From: Alphaproteobacteria bacterium
Lineage (GTDB): Bacteria; Pseudomonadota; Alphaproteobacteria; UBA828
NCBI GenBank assembly: GCA_963422645.2
Contig: CAXXVO010000008.1
Coordinates: 416,001 to 480,000, forward strand
Direction: 5' to 3'
Length of the DNA: 64,000 nucleotides
Positions 42,128 through 52,548 of the stretch are shown here, piece after piece. The notes below the pieces were generated by a model that saw only the letters and a program-made list of their open reading frames with translations, did no database searches and had not been told where the DNA came from. Both the position numbers and the translations under genes were made by a program. How positions within the stretch are numbered: position 1 is the stretch's first letter; each line of letters starts with the position of its first letter.

Positions 42128-43085
42128 TCGCGCGCGACCCCGTGCCCACGCGAAGGGGTGGCAAGAGTGCGTCCTTCAGCGCGTCCTCGTGGCCGAGGCC
42201 CAGGATCCAGGCTTCCTCGGTCTCGATGAGCCGGCGCTCTTCGGCAGTGAGACAGGGAGCACCGGCGAAGAGGGGCGCGAGCCTTCCCTGCGCATCGAGC
42301 CGGGCGAAGGCTTCGACATTTACGCGCACCTGGGCGCTGTCGAGGATTTCGCTGTCGCGCCTGCGCGCGTGGACTTCCGCCCTGAGCAGCGAGGGATAGA
42401 CCTCGGCGATCACCGCTTGCGCGTCGGGCGTTTGCAAACCGGTCTCGAACGGCCAGATCGCCACGCGGCCCGCGATGCGCTGGTCGGCGACCAGGCGCTT
42501 GAGTGCAGGCAGGCCGAGCAATATCTGCGAGCCGACGGAGCCGGCATAGGCCAGTTGCCAGACGGTCTTGGCGCCGGTGGCGCGGATGTCGCAGATGCGA
42601 CGTTCCGGCGGATGCAAATTCTGCTCCGTGCGCTCGGATGCCTGCACCGGAATCGTCGGGTACAACCAAGACGACGGACGACCCCAGAATGGGCCGAGAC
42701 CCGGATAGGTGTCGTTGATCGCTGCCGCGACATCGTAGCGATTGTTGCCGTTGTCCGGTGCGTCACCGATTCGTGCGGCCAGCCAGCCCCAAAGGGCCAA
42801 GCCGGAAGCCTTGCCCCTTAGGTGCTCTGCGACACCCGCGGGATAACCGAAGGGAAAGTCGAAGCCCACCAGCACCCGACGGCCCGAGTCCAGCTCGCCG
42901 GCCACTAAGCCGGCAAGGCGATCGAGCGCCTCGTGGCGGGTGCGGACATACTCCGGTTCGTCCACCTTGTTTCTGCTCGCGATGCGGGCAACGGCCCACC
43001 AGATCGCGTCCTTGGCGGGCTTGGCGGGGCTCGGCTTCGACCGCGCCGACCAGTCGATGACGATGTGGGTTTGGAACAGAGGCAT
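42117..43085 (-). CDS. Conserved hypothetical protein with DUF429/RNase H-like motifs
   Basis: IVIDWSA, VGFDFPFGYP, GSVGSQ, IWPFET, AEVYPSL and EEAWILG motifs. Confidence 0.7.
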   Translation of the reverse strand: MPLFQTHIVIDWSARSKPSPAKPAKDAIWWAVARIASRNKVDEPEYVRTRHEALDRLAGLVAGELDSGRRVLVGFDFPFGYPAGVAEHLRGKASGLALWGWLAARIGDAPDNGNNRYDVAAAINDTYPGLGPFWGRPSSWLYPTIPVQASERTEQNLHPPERRICDIRATGAKTVWQLAYAGSVGSQILLGLPALKRLVADQRIAGRVAIWPFETGLQTPDAQAVIAEVYPSLLRAEVHARRRDSEILDSAQVRVNVEAFARLDAQGRLAPLFAGAPCLTAEERRLIETEEAWILGLGHEDALKDALLPPLRVGTGSRATRT

Positions 43086-43185
43086 TCCAGCTTTGCCCGC
43101 AATGGCTAAAAGGGCAGCGTGACAGCAGCATGGCGGTCCGTCACCCTTGGCCCCTGCTCCCGACCGAGATGCGCGAGACCAGCCC

Positions 43186-44724
43186 ATGCGCACAATCCGC
43201 CACCTGAGACACTTGGCAATTGCCCTTGTGACCCTCGTTTTGTTGAGTTCAGCAGCACTCCCCGCCCTGGCTGCGCCGCTTACGCTCACACTCGTCCACG
43301 TTAACGACTGGGACCAGATGGCGGGGGTCGGCGGCGCAGGCGGCGCTGCGAAGATCGCTACCGTGGTCGCCGAAGAACGTGCGCGGGCGGAGGCCGAGGG
43401 CGGCCTTGCGGTGGTTACCTTCGGTGGCGACATGATCTCGCCCTCCGTGCTCTCCGGAATCGACAAGGGCGCGCATATGATCGATCTCGCCAATGCCGTT
43501 GGCTTCGACGTGGCGGTCCTTGGCAACCACGAGTTCGATTTCGGCCCTGATGTGCTGGAGGAGCGGCTCGCGGAGTCGGAAACGGTCTGGCTCGCGGGCA
43601 ACGTAACGATCGCGGGCCGCGGCTTTCCCGGCACCACGGCCACGGCGGTGGTGGAGAGGGACGGCTACCGGATCGGCTTTCTCGGCCTGGTCACACCAGA
43701 GACCCCCGTGATTTCGAGTCCCGGCCCCGATGTCGCCTTCGCGCCCGCTGCGGAGGCAGGCGCCCGTCTTGCCGAAAATTCGAGGGCGGAGGGCGCCGAC
43801 ATCGTCATCGCGCTGACTCATCAGGGGCTCGGCGCGGACCTGGAGTTGCTGCGCAAAGTGCAGGGAATCGATGTCGTGCTCGGCGGCCACGATCATCTGT
43901 TGATCGCCCACCATGATGGCCGACACGCAGTGATGAAGGCGGGTTCCCAGGGCCGCCACGTCGGCGTGCTCACACTGAAGATCGACCGTGTAGAAGGCCA
44001 CGGCGGCGCAACCAAGGTCGTCTGGACACCGGACTTCCGCCTCCGCTCGACTGCGGCCACCGAAGGCGATGCCAAACTGGCCGCAAGGGTTCGTGACTAT
44101 CAGGCGCGCCTCGACGAGAGCCTGGACGTCGTGATCGGCGAGACCGCGGTGGAACTCAGCACCCGCGGCTTCCTGCGCGGATCGGCCGAGACCGCCTTTG
44201 GCAATCTGCTGGCCGACGCCATGCGTCTGGCGACGGGCGCCGACATTGCGCTCACCAACGGCGGCGGCATTCGCGGCGACACGGTCTATCCGCCTGGCTC
44301 CCGCCTCACCCGCAAGATGGTGCTGACGGAGCTTCCTTTCGGCAACAAGACCGTGGTGCTCCGCCTGACCGGCGCTCAGGTGCGGGAGGCCTTGGAGAAC
44401 GGGGTGAGCCGTGCCGAGAACCCCTCGGGCCGCTTCCCGCAGGTCTCGGGCCTCGCCTTCACTTTCGACGCGCGCAAGCCGCCGGGCGATCGCGTGACGA
44501 GCGTCACGGTGGCCGGCGCGCCGCTGGAGGAGGGCAAGACCTACACGCTTGCGACCAACAATTTCCTCGCGAAGGGCGGCGACGATTATCGCGTATTCAG
44601 GGGCGGCGAGGTGCTGGTCGACTCAGCGTCCGGCAGTCTGATGGCCGGCCAGCTCATCGACCACATCATTGCGGCTGGTGCGGTTTCTCCCGTGATCGAG
44701 GGTCGGATCACCCGCGTGGACTGA
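43186..44724 (+). CDS. Periplasmic 5'-nucleotidase/UDP-sugar hydrolase
   Basis: Signal peptide; HVND, GGD, GNHEFD, GGHDH, NGGGIR and FPQVSG motifs. Confidence 0.92.
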   Translation: MRTIRHLRHLAIALVTLVLLSSAALPALAAPLTLTLVHVNDWDQMAGVGGAGGAAKIATVVAEERARAEAEGGLAVVTFGGDMISPSVLSGIDKGAHMIDLANAVGFDVAVLGNHEFDFGPDVLEERLAESETVWLAGNVTIAGRGFPGTTATAVVERDGYRIGFLGLVTPETPVISSPGPDVAFAPAAEAGARLAENSRAEGADIVIALTHQGLGADLELLRKVQGIDVVLGGHDHLLIAHHDGRHAVMKAGSQGRHVGVLTLKIDRVEGHGGATKVVWTPDFRLRSTAATEGDAKLAARVRDYQARLDESLDVVIGETAVELSTRGFLRGSAETAFGNLLADAMRLATGADIALTNGGGIRGDTVYPPGSRLTRKMVLTELPFGNKTVVLRLTGAQVREALENGVSRAENPSGRFPQVSGLAFTFDARKPPGDRVTSVTVAGAPLEEGKTYTLATNNFLAKGGDDYRVFRGGEVLVDSASGSLMAGQLIDHIIAAGAVSPVIEGRITRVD

Positions 44725-44832
44725 GGCATATCGCACATTGCACGAGAGAATTGCGGACCGGCGGGTTTCGCACCACGGTCATGCCACCCCCAACACCCAG
44801 AACGGTATCCCTCCAATGAGGAGCAGGCGACG

Positions 44833-45783
44833 ATGACACTTCTGAAATTCATGCCCCGCTCAGTGCGCGTCCTGATCGCCGGCCTCGTCACAGCCCTGCT
44901 GCTGACGGCGACCGCGCCGGCAGACGCGCATGCCATTCGCGACGAGACCCCGCGCATCGCCGTGGTCTCCGCCTTCGCGCCGGAACTCGTGATCCTTCAG
45001 GGGGAGATGGGAGGCGCGACGACGCAATCGGTCAACGGTGTCGCCTTCACCACCGGCACCCTGGAGGGGCGTGATGTGGTGCTCTTCCTGAGCGGGATCA
45101 GCGTGGTCAACGCGGCCATGACGGTGCAGCTTGCGCTGGATCACTTCGCCATCGAGCGCATCGTGTTCTCGGGGATCGCCGGCGGCGTGGACCCCGACCT
45201 CAACATTGGCGATGTCGTGATCGCAGACCGCTGGGGGCAATACCTGGAGATGGCCTTCGCCCGCGAGGTGGAGGATGGCTGGATGACGATGCCCTTCTTT
45301 GAGTACCCCCACGGGAACTTCGGCATGATGTTCCCGCGTTCGGTCACTGTGCTCCGCCCCGGTGCCGAGGTGCCCGAAACCCGGTTCTGGTTCCCTGTAG
45401 ACGAAGCGCTGCTCGCCAGCGCCGGCAGCGCGGCGAACGATGTGACGCTCGCCCGCTGCACGGCGGAGGACAGGTGCCTCGAGGCGGCGCCCAAGATCCT
45501 TGTCGGCGGCTCAGGTGTCTCGGGCAGCGCCTTCATCGACAACGCGGCCTTCCGCACCTGGGCCTTCGAGACCTTCGGCGCGCGGGTGCTGGACATGGAG
45601 AGTGCTGCCGTCGCCCACGTGGCCTACGCCAACGACGTGCCCTTCCTTGCCGTCCGCAGCCTCGCGGATCTGGCCGGCGGGAGCGAAGGGGCGAACCAGA
45701 TGGAGGTTTTCTTGGGCCTCGCAGCGGGCAACGCAGCGACGGTGGTCAAGGCACTGCTCAGGGCGATGCCAGGCGAAAATTGA
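44833..45783 (+). CDS. Secreted MTA/SAH nucleosidase family protein
   Basis: Signal peptide; LSGISVVNAA, SGIAGG, LDMESAA and RSLADLAGG motifs. Confidence 0.88.
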   Translation: MTLLKFMPRSVRVLIAGLVTALLLTATAPADAHAIRDETPRIAVVSAFAPELVILQGEMGGATTQSVNGVAFTTGTLEGRDVVLFLSGISVVNAAMTVQLALDHFAIERIVFSGIAGGVDPDLNIGDVVIADRWGQYLEMAFAREVEDGWMTMPFFEYPHGNFGMMFPRSVTVLRPGAEVPETRFWFPVDEALLASAGSAANDVTLARCTAEDRCLEAAPKILVGGSGVSGSAFIDNAAFRTWAFETFGARVLDMESAAVAHVAYANDVPFLAVRSLADLAGGSEGANQMEVFLGLAAGNAATVVKALLRAMPGEN

Positions 45784-45816
45784 CCGCGCCGGTGCTTGCG
45801 CGGCCCCCTCGCCCGC

Positions 45817-46446
45817 TCAGGTAATGAAGGGGATGAGCACCATGACGCCGAGGGTGACGACGGCGAGCCCGATTGCCGCGACCGCGCCGTAGCGGTGCTC
45901 GAGGATGCGCTGGGCCCTGGGCCCCAGATACCAGAGTATCGCGGCCTCGACGTAGAAGCGCATGCCTCTGGCGACGAGCGACGCCAGGATGAAGGCGCCC
46001 ACGTTCAGGTGTGCGGCGCCGCTGGCGACGGCGACCAGCTTGTACGGCAAGGGCGTCAGCGCCCCGGCGGCGACGAACCAGGCGCCCCACCTGTCCCTGT
46101 ACTCGTAGAACGTCTCGAGGTCGCCGGCGTGGCCTGAGATGGCGAGCAAAGGCTCGCCCAGCCAGTCGTAGAGAAAGTAGCCGATCAGATAGCCGGTCAG
46201 GCCGCCGCCGACTGACGACACCGTGGCGATGCCGGCGAAGAGCCACGCCTTGGCGCGCTTGGCCAGCACCATGGGAATGAGCAGCAGGTCCGGCGGCACC
46301 GGCAGGAATAGGCTCTGCAAGTAGCAAAGGCCCGCCAGCACCCAGACGGCGCGGCGCGTGCCGGCACTCTGCATTGCCCAGTCGTAGAGCCGTCGGAGGA
46401 GATGGCGCTGCCTTCTCGCCGCCGGCGTAGCGCTGTCGTCGGTCAT
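45817..46446 (-). CDS. YqaA/DedA (VTT) family membrane protein
   Basis: FLPVPPDLLLIPM, SVGGG..GYLIG and TPLPYK motifs. Confidence 0.9.
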   Translation of the reverse strand: MTDDSATPAARRQRHLLRRLYDWAMQSAGTRRAVWVLAGLCYLQSLFLPVPPDLLLIPMVLAKRAKAWLFAGIATVSSVGGGLTGYLIGYFLYDWLGEPLLAISGHAGDLETFYEYRDRWGAWFVAAGALTPLPYKLVAVASGAAHLNVGAFILASLVARGMRFYVEAAILWYLGPRAQRILEHRYGAVAAIGLAVVTLGVMVLIPFIT

Positions 46447-46505
46447 GTCGGATACGTGTGAACGGCCCCGGAGCTGCGGCGCGCGCGGATGGAGGGAGCC
46501 GGAGT

Positions 46506-47816
46506 CTACCCCCTAAACAGCTTGCGGTCTTTGTACTTGTTCCACGCCACCGCGAGCGGCAGGAACCAGGGACGGCCGGTGTAGAACGGCTTGGTCGGGA
46601 AGGGCCGGCCGTCGAAGGGGCTCGTGGCCTCGGGGTCTTCCAGCACGCGGAGCGCGGTCTTGTGGCCGAGATAGGTGCCCATGGGCACACCGGAGCCGCA
46701 CCAGCCCATGGCGTACTCGACGCCGTCGTGACTCCCGGTGTGCGGCATCATGTCGAAGGTAAAGGCGGTCTTGCCGGTCCAGCAATGGCTGATCTTCACG
46801 CCTTCCAGAGAAGGGACGATTTGCACCATGGCATCGTGCAGGTAACGCGCCTTCTGCACTAGGTCGGCGGGCGGCTCGGCGCTAAGCCCGCCGAAGAGAA
46901 TCCGCATGCCGTCCTCGTTGGGCCGGATCCAGCAGGGTGAGTAGCGGTGCTCGACCATAGGCTTGCCGCCCGGCGCGATATGCTCGACTCGATCCTCCGG
47001 CAAGGGCTCGGTCGCGATCATGAAGGCGTCGACCGGCACCACGCGGCGCCGCAGCCATTGGGCGGCCTTGGGCGTATACCCGTTGGTCGCGACGATCACG
47101 TGGCCCGTCCGAACCGTTCCGCGCAGCGTCGACACGCGGAAGCCGCTGCCGGTGCGCTCGATGGCCTGCACCGGGCAGTGGCCGATGATGCGCGCGCCGT
47201 CTCGCGCGGCCCGCTCCAGCAGGCCCGCGTGGTAGAGGCCCGCATGGATCGTCCCGTTGCCGCGCAGGATCTGGCCGCCGTGGTAATGCCCTTTGCGGTA
47301 GGCCGGCGGTGCCATGTCGGGCTCGACCATCTCGGCATCGACCGGGACACCGTCCTCCCGCATCATGGCGAGATCGCGCGCGAGGCCGTCGAACACGCGC
47401 TTGGACGGTGCGGCGATGAAGCGCCCGGTGTTGCGGTAGAAGCAGGCGATCTGCTCGCGCTCGATCAGGGAGGCCGCGTAGTCGTGGGCTGCGATCGCCG
47501 CGCGGCAGATCTCTGCGGCCCGCTCGCGCCCGAGCTGCGGCACCATGTCGCCGTACTTGTGCCAGACCTGGCGACCGAGATAGCCGGCGTTCCGCGTGCT
47601 GGCGCCGTGGCCCGCGGCCTCCGCATCGAGGACCACCGGCTCGCGGCCCCGGCGCGCGAGGGTGAGCGCGGCGGATAGCCCCACATTGCCGGCGCCCACG
47701 ATCACCACCTCGGCCTCACCCGGCGGCGCCTCATCGGTAATGTCCGGCCGCGGCGCCAAGTCCCACCAATAGGGCGTGGCCTTGAAATCCGCCGAAAGCA
47801 CACCGCCACCCGCCAT
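46506..47816 (-). CDS. FAD-dependent oxidoreductase (PuuB/DadA-like)
   Basis: GAGNVGLS, GASTRNAG, VATNGY and GWCGSGV motifs. Confidence 0.9.
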   Translation of the reverse strand: MAGGGVLSADFKATPYWWDLAPRPDITDEAPPGEAEVVIVGAGNVGLSAALTLARRGREPVVLDAEAAGHGASTRNAGYLGRQVWHKYGDMVPQLGRERAAEICRAAIAAHDYAASLIEREQIACFYRNTGRFIAAPSKRVFDGLARDLAMMREDGVPVDAEMVEPDMAPPAYRKGHYHGGQILRGNGTIHAGLYHAGLLERAARDGARIIGHCPVQAIERTGSGFRVSTLRGTVRTGHVIVATNGYTPKAAQWLRRRVVPVDAFMIATEPLPEDRVEHIAPGGKPMVEHRYSPCWIRPNEDGMRILFGGLSAEPPADLVQKARYLHDAMVQIVPSLEGVKISHCWTGKTAFTFDMMPHTGSHDGVEYAMGWCGSGVPMGTYLGHKTALRVLEDPEATSPFDGRPFPTKPFYTGRPWFLPLAVAWNKYKDRKLFRG

Positions 47817-48189
47817 CGCACCCTCCGCGCTTGGGCGCGCTAAGGTACCGCGACCGAACCATCCAACACTATGCCGGTGTGATATCGGGAGCCAACATTT
47901 TGCCTGCTAAACGCGAAGTCTGGGACGATTTGGCGAGGACGCGGAGAACTTCGCCGGTTTACCCCGACAAGCTGCCCTTCAGAATCCTGCATTCCACTGT
48001 CCGAACTGCATGACCGCCGTTCCCTGGAAACCGTCACGACTAACGGTAGTCTCACATCGCCACTTCAGGAGTCCACTGAAAGAGTACCAGAAGGAATTAA
48101 TCGGTCCCCGTGACCTGCCTTCTGAGAATCTAGACTACGGCTAGTGAGAAAATTCTCGGTTATGCTATTGACGACCAACTAGCGAAGGA

Positions 48190-48208
48190 CCGGCCCCCTT
48201 GGGGCCGG
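48190..48208 (-). terminator. Hairpin downstream of the orphan gene
   Basis: CCGGCCCC-CTT-GGGGCCGG stem-loop about 80 nt after the 48286 stop. Confidence 0.45.
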
Positions 48209-48736
48209 CCAGACCTGCCGACAAGAGCTCGTCCCAAAGCACTCTCACCACGTAAGACCGCAACAGGTGGGGCAAACTTCTGATATCAACGAAGAATAAT
48301 AACCATTACAACCATCCCCACGATCATGCCGGCCATGAAGGCCTCCTGCACCATGGGCGGCATGTATTGCTGCACGTTAGTCTGCCATTGGTCGACATCA
48401 AAAGTTTCAGGATTATCCGAAAAGTACGATTTCGTGCCACTCACCAGTGCAGGGATATGTGGTGCCAAACGCGGGTCGACCGCAGCGAGTGCGATGCCGG
48501 CGAGAACCTCGTCCTCAGTCTTATTTTGCATAGCCTGTTTGTGTTCGTCGGTCAGAGGTGGGACCGTTCCCGCCGCTGCTATCGGCAGAAAGCCGCTTGC
48601 TGCCATCGTCGCAAACTCATAGGGCTGTGCGGGTGGTAGCGCCGGGAGAAGAGACGGGGGAAGTGGTTGGCTTTGATTTCCAAGTCCATGATACGGTGGG
48701 TACGATAGGTGCTGTAGCAATTGCAAAATTAGAAGA

Positions 48737-49787
48737 ACCGCTTATGCACATGGCTCCGGTTCGATCAACATGCTGTAGGTAAGGGGTTTTGCATTGGTGG
48801 CGATGCGGAAGAGCGAGCGGAAAGCAGCGTGGCGGGTTTTGCGGCGGTTGAAGCGAAAGGCGAACTCATCGAGATAGGCCTGCAGATGCTTGCGGCGCAG
48901 CCCGTGGTAGACGCCTCGCGCCCATCCTTTGAGGTTGGAGAAGACTTGGTGGATCCACGGCAGGACGAGGTGAGCGGCGGTCTTCCCGACGACATGGACA
49001 TTGTGGCGATCGGCGGGGACCGCAGCGTAGCCGGACCAGCCGTCGGTTTTCGCGATGGCGTCGGGATCGGCGGCGGTTTCGACGAAGTGTCCGAGGTCGG
49101 CGGCGCCGTAGGAGGAGATTTCGGCCAGCCGCAGGCGGCCCGGGATGGTTCCATCCCCCAGTTCGATGGCGCCGACGATGAGCATCTTGCCGTCGTGGCT
49201 GCGTCCTTGCCCTCCGGTGGGAGGATCGTCTTTGGTCCGGAATGGAAGGCTGGCCTCGTCGATTTCCACCAGGCCCGACAACGGGTTGCGCTCGGGGTCG
49301 ACCATGCTGGCGCGCAGCTTGTGGGCGAGCAGCCAAGCGCTGCGGTAAGAGCCGATACCGAGCTGTTTCTGGAGCTGCAGGGCAGAGATGCCGTTGGAGT
49401 GGGTCGCCATCAGGTAGGCGGCCCAGAACCAGACGGTGAGCGGCAGCTTGCTGGCGTGCAGGATCGTCCCGGCCGTCACCGAGGTCTGCCGGCGGCAGCC
49501 GGCGCACTCGAAGGTGTGTGCTTTTCTGCGCAGCGCCCATCCCTTTTCATGGCCGCACGCGGGACAGACGAAGCCGTCCGGCCAGCGCATTTCGATCAGC
49601 CAGGCGGCGCAGGCGTCATCGTCCGGGAACATGTGCTGGAAGGCGAGGAGGCTGTCGGCGACCTGTTTCATGTGGTGGCTCCGTCGGCAGGAACGTATAG
49701 GCAACATTCTACCCGTTCTCCCGCCCTAACCTCAACCTCAACATCTGGTGGCAAACTCTCGCGACCGGAGCCATGTGCATAAGCGGT
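48737..49787 (-). mobile_element. IS1595-family element, 1051 bp
   Basis: 24-bp perfect TIR ACCGCTTATGCACATGGCTCCGGT; 8-bp TSD TTAGAAGA at 48729-48736 and 49788-49795. Confidence 0.95.
48742..49707 (-). CDS. IS1595 transposase
   Basis: RWPDGFVCPAC zinc ribbon, VEIDE, TDGWSGY and YLDEFAFRFNRR motifs; start uncertain. Confidence 0.93.
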   Translation of the reverse strand: MLPIRSCRRSHHMKQVADSLLAFQHMFPDDDACAAWLIEMRWPDGFVCPACGHEKGWALRRKAHTFECAGCRRQTSVTAGTILHASKLPLTVWFWAAYLMATHSNGISALQLQKQLGIGSYRSAWLLAHKLRASMVDPERNPLSGLVEIDEASLPFRTKDDPPTGGQGRSHDGKMLIVGAIELGDGTIPGRLRLAEISSYGAADLGHFVETAADPDAIAKTDGWSGYAAVPADRHNVHVVGKTAAHLVLPWIHQVFSNLKGWARGVYHGLRRKHLQAYLDEFAFRFNRRKTRHAAFRSLFRIATNAKPLTYSMLIEPEPCA

Positions 49788-50035
49788 TTAGAAGATACAA
49801 AGTGTTGGGAATAAACATGGTAGGTCTCTCCTCATTCCGCATCAGAAGGTAGATCGTAACTGCCCAGGTACCCCCTCTCTCTTATGGAACAAGCCAGTTC
49901 CTTTTGCGTCAACGCCCCCACGCCGCGGGAGTGCCTACTCTCTTGAGCGCGAGAGGATGATGAACGCCGCGTCGCGAACAAGATGAGAGGACAGCGATAC
50001 TCAGGATGAGCCGGAGAAGTTCAGGAGCGCAGTAT

Positions 50036-52547
50036 CAGACTTCCTGACCTCGTGATGCTGGCTGTTCTGGGCAGCGTGCCGGGAACTCCTTGAATTCTGA
50101 TACATTTCGGTTGTTTCAGGCGGTTTTTCGCTGGGTGTCGCGCCCGAGGTCTGATAGTATAATTTGATACCAATTGCACGGTCTCAACCATGCCCAGTAC
50201 CCTCCCAATGTGCCCTCCAGAGGCGGTCTCGATCGGCAACAGCTGCTTCGCCGTCCTGATCTCGGACGACACCTTCACCTACTTTTCCAACCTCATTCCC
50301 TTTGACAGCCACGCCGCCGATGACCGCACGGCCATGCTCTTGCGGATCGGCCGCCTCGCGGCGATCAGCGCGGTCTCGCCGCAGGAACTGGCTGACGCTT
50401 TCGCTGTCTCGCGCGCGACGGTGCAGCGCGCACGACGGCGCTACCTGGCCGAGGGCGAAGCGGGGTTCATGAAGCCCCGGCGCGGTCGCGGGCCGTCGGT
50501 GTTCACTCCGGAGTTGGCGGAGAAGGCGACGGCGTTGCTGGCATCGGGCCTGAGCGGCTCTGCGGCGGCCCGGGTTCTCGGCGTGTCAGCGCCATCGGTC
50601 AACAAGTGGCGCCGTCAGGGACTGATCGGCAACACGGAGGCGGATGGGGAGCCCGGACGCTCAGCGCTGGCTGCGCCGCCTGACGCGGGTGCGGCTCCTG
50701 AAGGCCGTGTCGATGAAGAGAGTACCGGTGCCCCGGGGCCGGAGACGGCGCCGGGGCTGGAAGCGCAGCCGCAAACGGATCGCAGCGCGCGCGATCGGCG
50801 GGACCGGCAGGCGCCGATGGGGCGTGCGACTTGCGATGTTCCGGCTCGGGTTCTGGCCAGTTGTGGACAGGCGGGGCCGGTCGAACCGCAGTTCGCCGCC
50901 GCCGCCCGCGGTGTCCGCTTCGGCGGCGTGCTCGCCGCCCTGCCGGCCCTGCTGAAGGAAGGTCTTCTCTCCGAGACCGGTCTCCTGCCATTGCTGCCGA
51001 AGGGCTATTACGGCTTGCCTACGATCCTGCTCTTCCTGGCCTTCATGACCTTGGCGCGGGTGCGCAACCCCGAGAGCCTGCGCTACCAGGCGCCGGGCGA
51101 ATGGGGCGCCATTCTCGGCCTCGATCGCTGCCCCGAGGTCAAGACGCTGCGCCGCAAGATCGCTCTCATCGCCGACGACGAGGCCGGCGTGCGGGCGTGG
51201 CAGCTCGCCCTTGCCAGGCGCTGGCAAGGCCGACGAGCCGGAGCTCTGGGCGACGCTGGCCATCGACGGGCACGTCAAGGTCTACTCCGGCCGCAAGGGG
51301 CGCTTGCCCAAGCACTTCGTCTCGCGCGAGAAGCTGTGCCTGCCGGCGAGCGCCAGCTACTGGATCAACGCTCTGGGCGGCAAGCCGCTGCTCTGTCTGC
51401 ACAAGCCGCTGGACCCGAAGATGGTCGCGGCCATCGAAGCCGACGTGGTGCCGGCGCTGCAGGAGCTTGGGATCGTTGGCGCCGGGGCGCCGGACCTGAC
51501 CGCCGAGCATCCCGGCCAGCCGGCGCTCACCCTGGTCTTCGACCGCGAGGGCTGGAGCCCGGATCTGTTCCGCCGGCTGGCGAGGCGCGGCGTCGCCTGC
51601 CTGACCTGGCACAAGAACTTCAGGGGCGAGGACTGGCCGGCCGAGGACTTCGGCGCGATGACCGTTCCCATTCACGGACCGGCGGCGGACGGCAGCGCCA
51701 CCATGCGGCTGGCTGAGAAGCCGGTGACGTTGCCGAACGGCTTCAGGGTGCGCCAGATCCGCCGCCTGCTCGACAACGGCCGTCAGGTGCCGCTGATCAC
51801 CACCGATCCGCACAAGCCGATGGCTGAGGTTGCGGGCGCCATGTTCTCGCGCTGGTCGCAGGAGAACTTCTTCAAGTACATGCGTGACGAGTTCAATCTC
51901 GACGCCCTGCCGACCCACGAGCTCGAGCCTCTCGATCCCGCCGCCATGGTCGTCAACCCGCTGCGGCGGGCCTATGACAAGGCAATCCATCGCCTCGACC
52001 GCCAGCTTGGCCGCCTGCGCAACCGCATCGCCGACACGGCCCGGAAGAAGCAGCCGACGGCGGAACTCAGGAGGGAAGTCAGGGACCTCCAGGATGTCCG
52101 CGACATCGTCAGGGCCAGCCGCAGGGAGACGCCCAAGCACTGCCGGGCCGGCGACCTCGACGAAGCCGAGCAGCTCGATGCCTTGCCCGCGCGCGAGCGC
52201 CTCCTCCTCGACGTCATCCGGATGATCGCCTACCGCGCCGAAACCCGCATGATGATTCCCGTCATGCAGGCGCAGGGCCACAAGCCCCATCCCCGGAAAC
52301 TGCTTCAAGCGCTGCTCACCGCCGATGCCGACATCCTGCCGGATCCTGGCAATGGCCTCCTGCGGGTCCACATTCTTGGCCTCGCAAACGACGCCTGCGA
52401 CCGTTGGATCGATGCGGTTCTGAGCGACCTGAACGCCACCGAAACGGTCTTCCCCGGCACCCGTCTGCGCATAGTCTACGACATCGACGGGGCCTCGGAA
52501 TCCGCGCGGCTCGTGTCACCTAAAATCAGCAGAGGTCAGGAAGTCTG
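50036..52547 (+). mobile_element. Unclassified IS-like element copy 2, 2512 bp, nested in the IS66-MTase element
   Basis: Same TIRs as 38594-41106; 5-bp TSD AGTAT at 50031-50035 and 52548-52552. Confidence 0.9.
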
Positions 52548-52548
52548 A
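50190..52548 (+). CDS. Large HTH + DDE putative transposase, frameshifted near 51228
   Basis: Near-identical to 38748-41107. Confidence 0.8.

Larger units (their letters stand above)
48286..49818 (-). pseudogene. Low-GC orphan protein (157 aa when reconstructed) interrupted by IS1595
   Basis: ATG 49818 with a GAGGAG RBS. Removing the IS and one TSD copy joins MFIPNTLYLLI in frame to LQLLQHLSY...MAGMIVGMVVMVIILR*. Confidence 0.7.

Noticed and set aside
47820-48180. Short ORFs between the FAD oxidoreductase and the orphan gene
   Set aside because: No RBS or motif support in any frame; possibly decayed DNA.
38594-52547. Composite transposon bounded by the two unclassified IS copies
   Set aside because: Each copy has its own distinct TSD (AACCT, AGTAT), indicating independent insertions.
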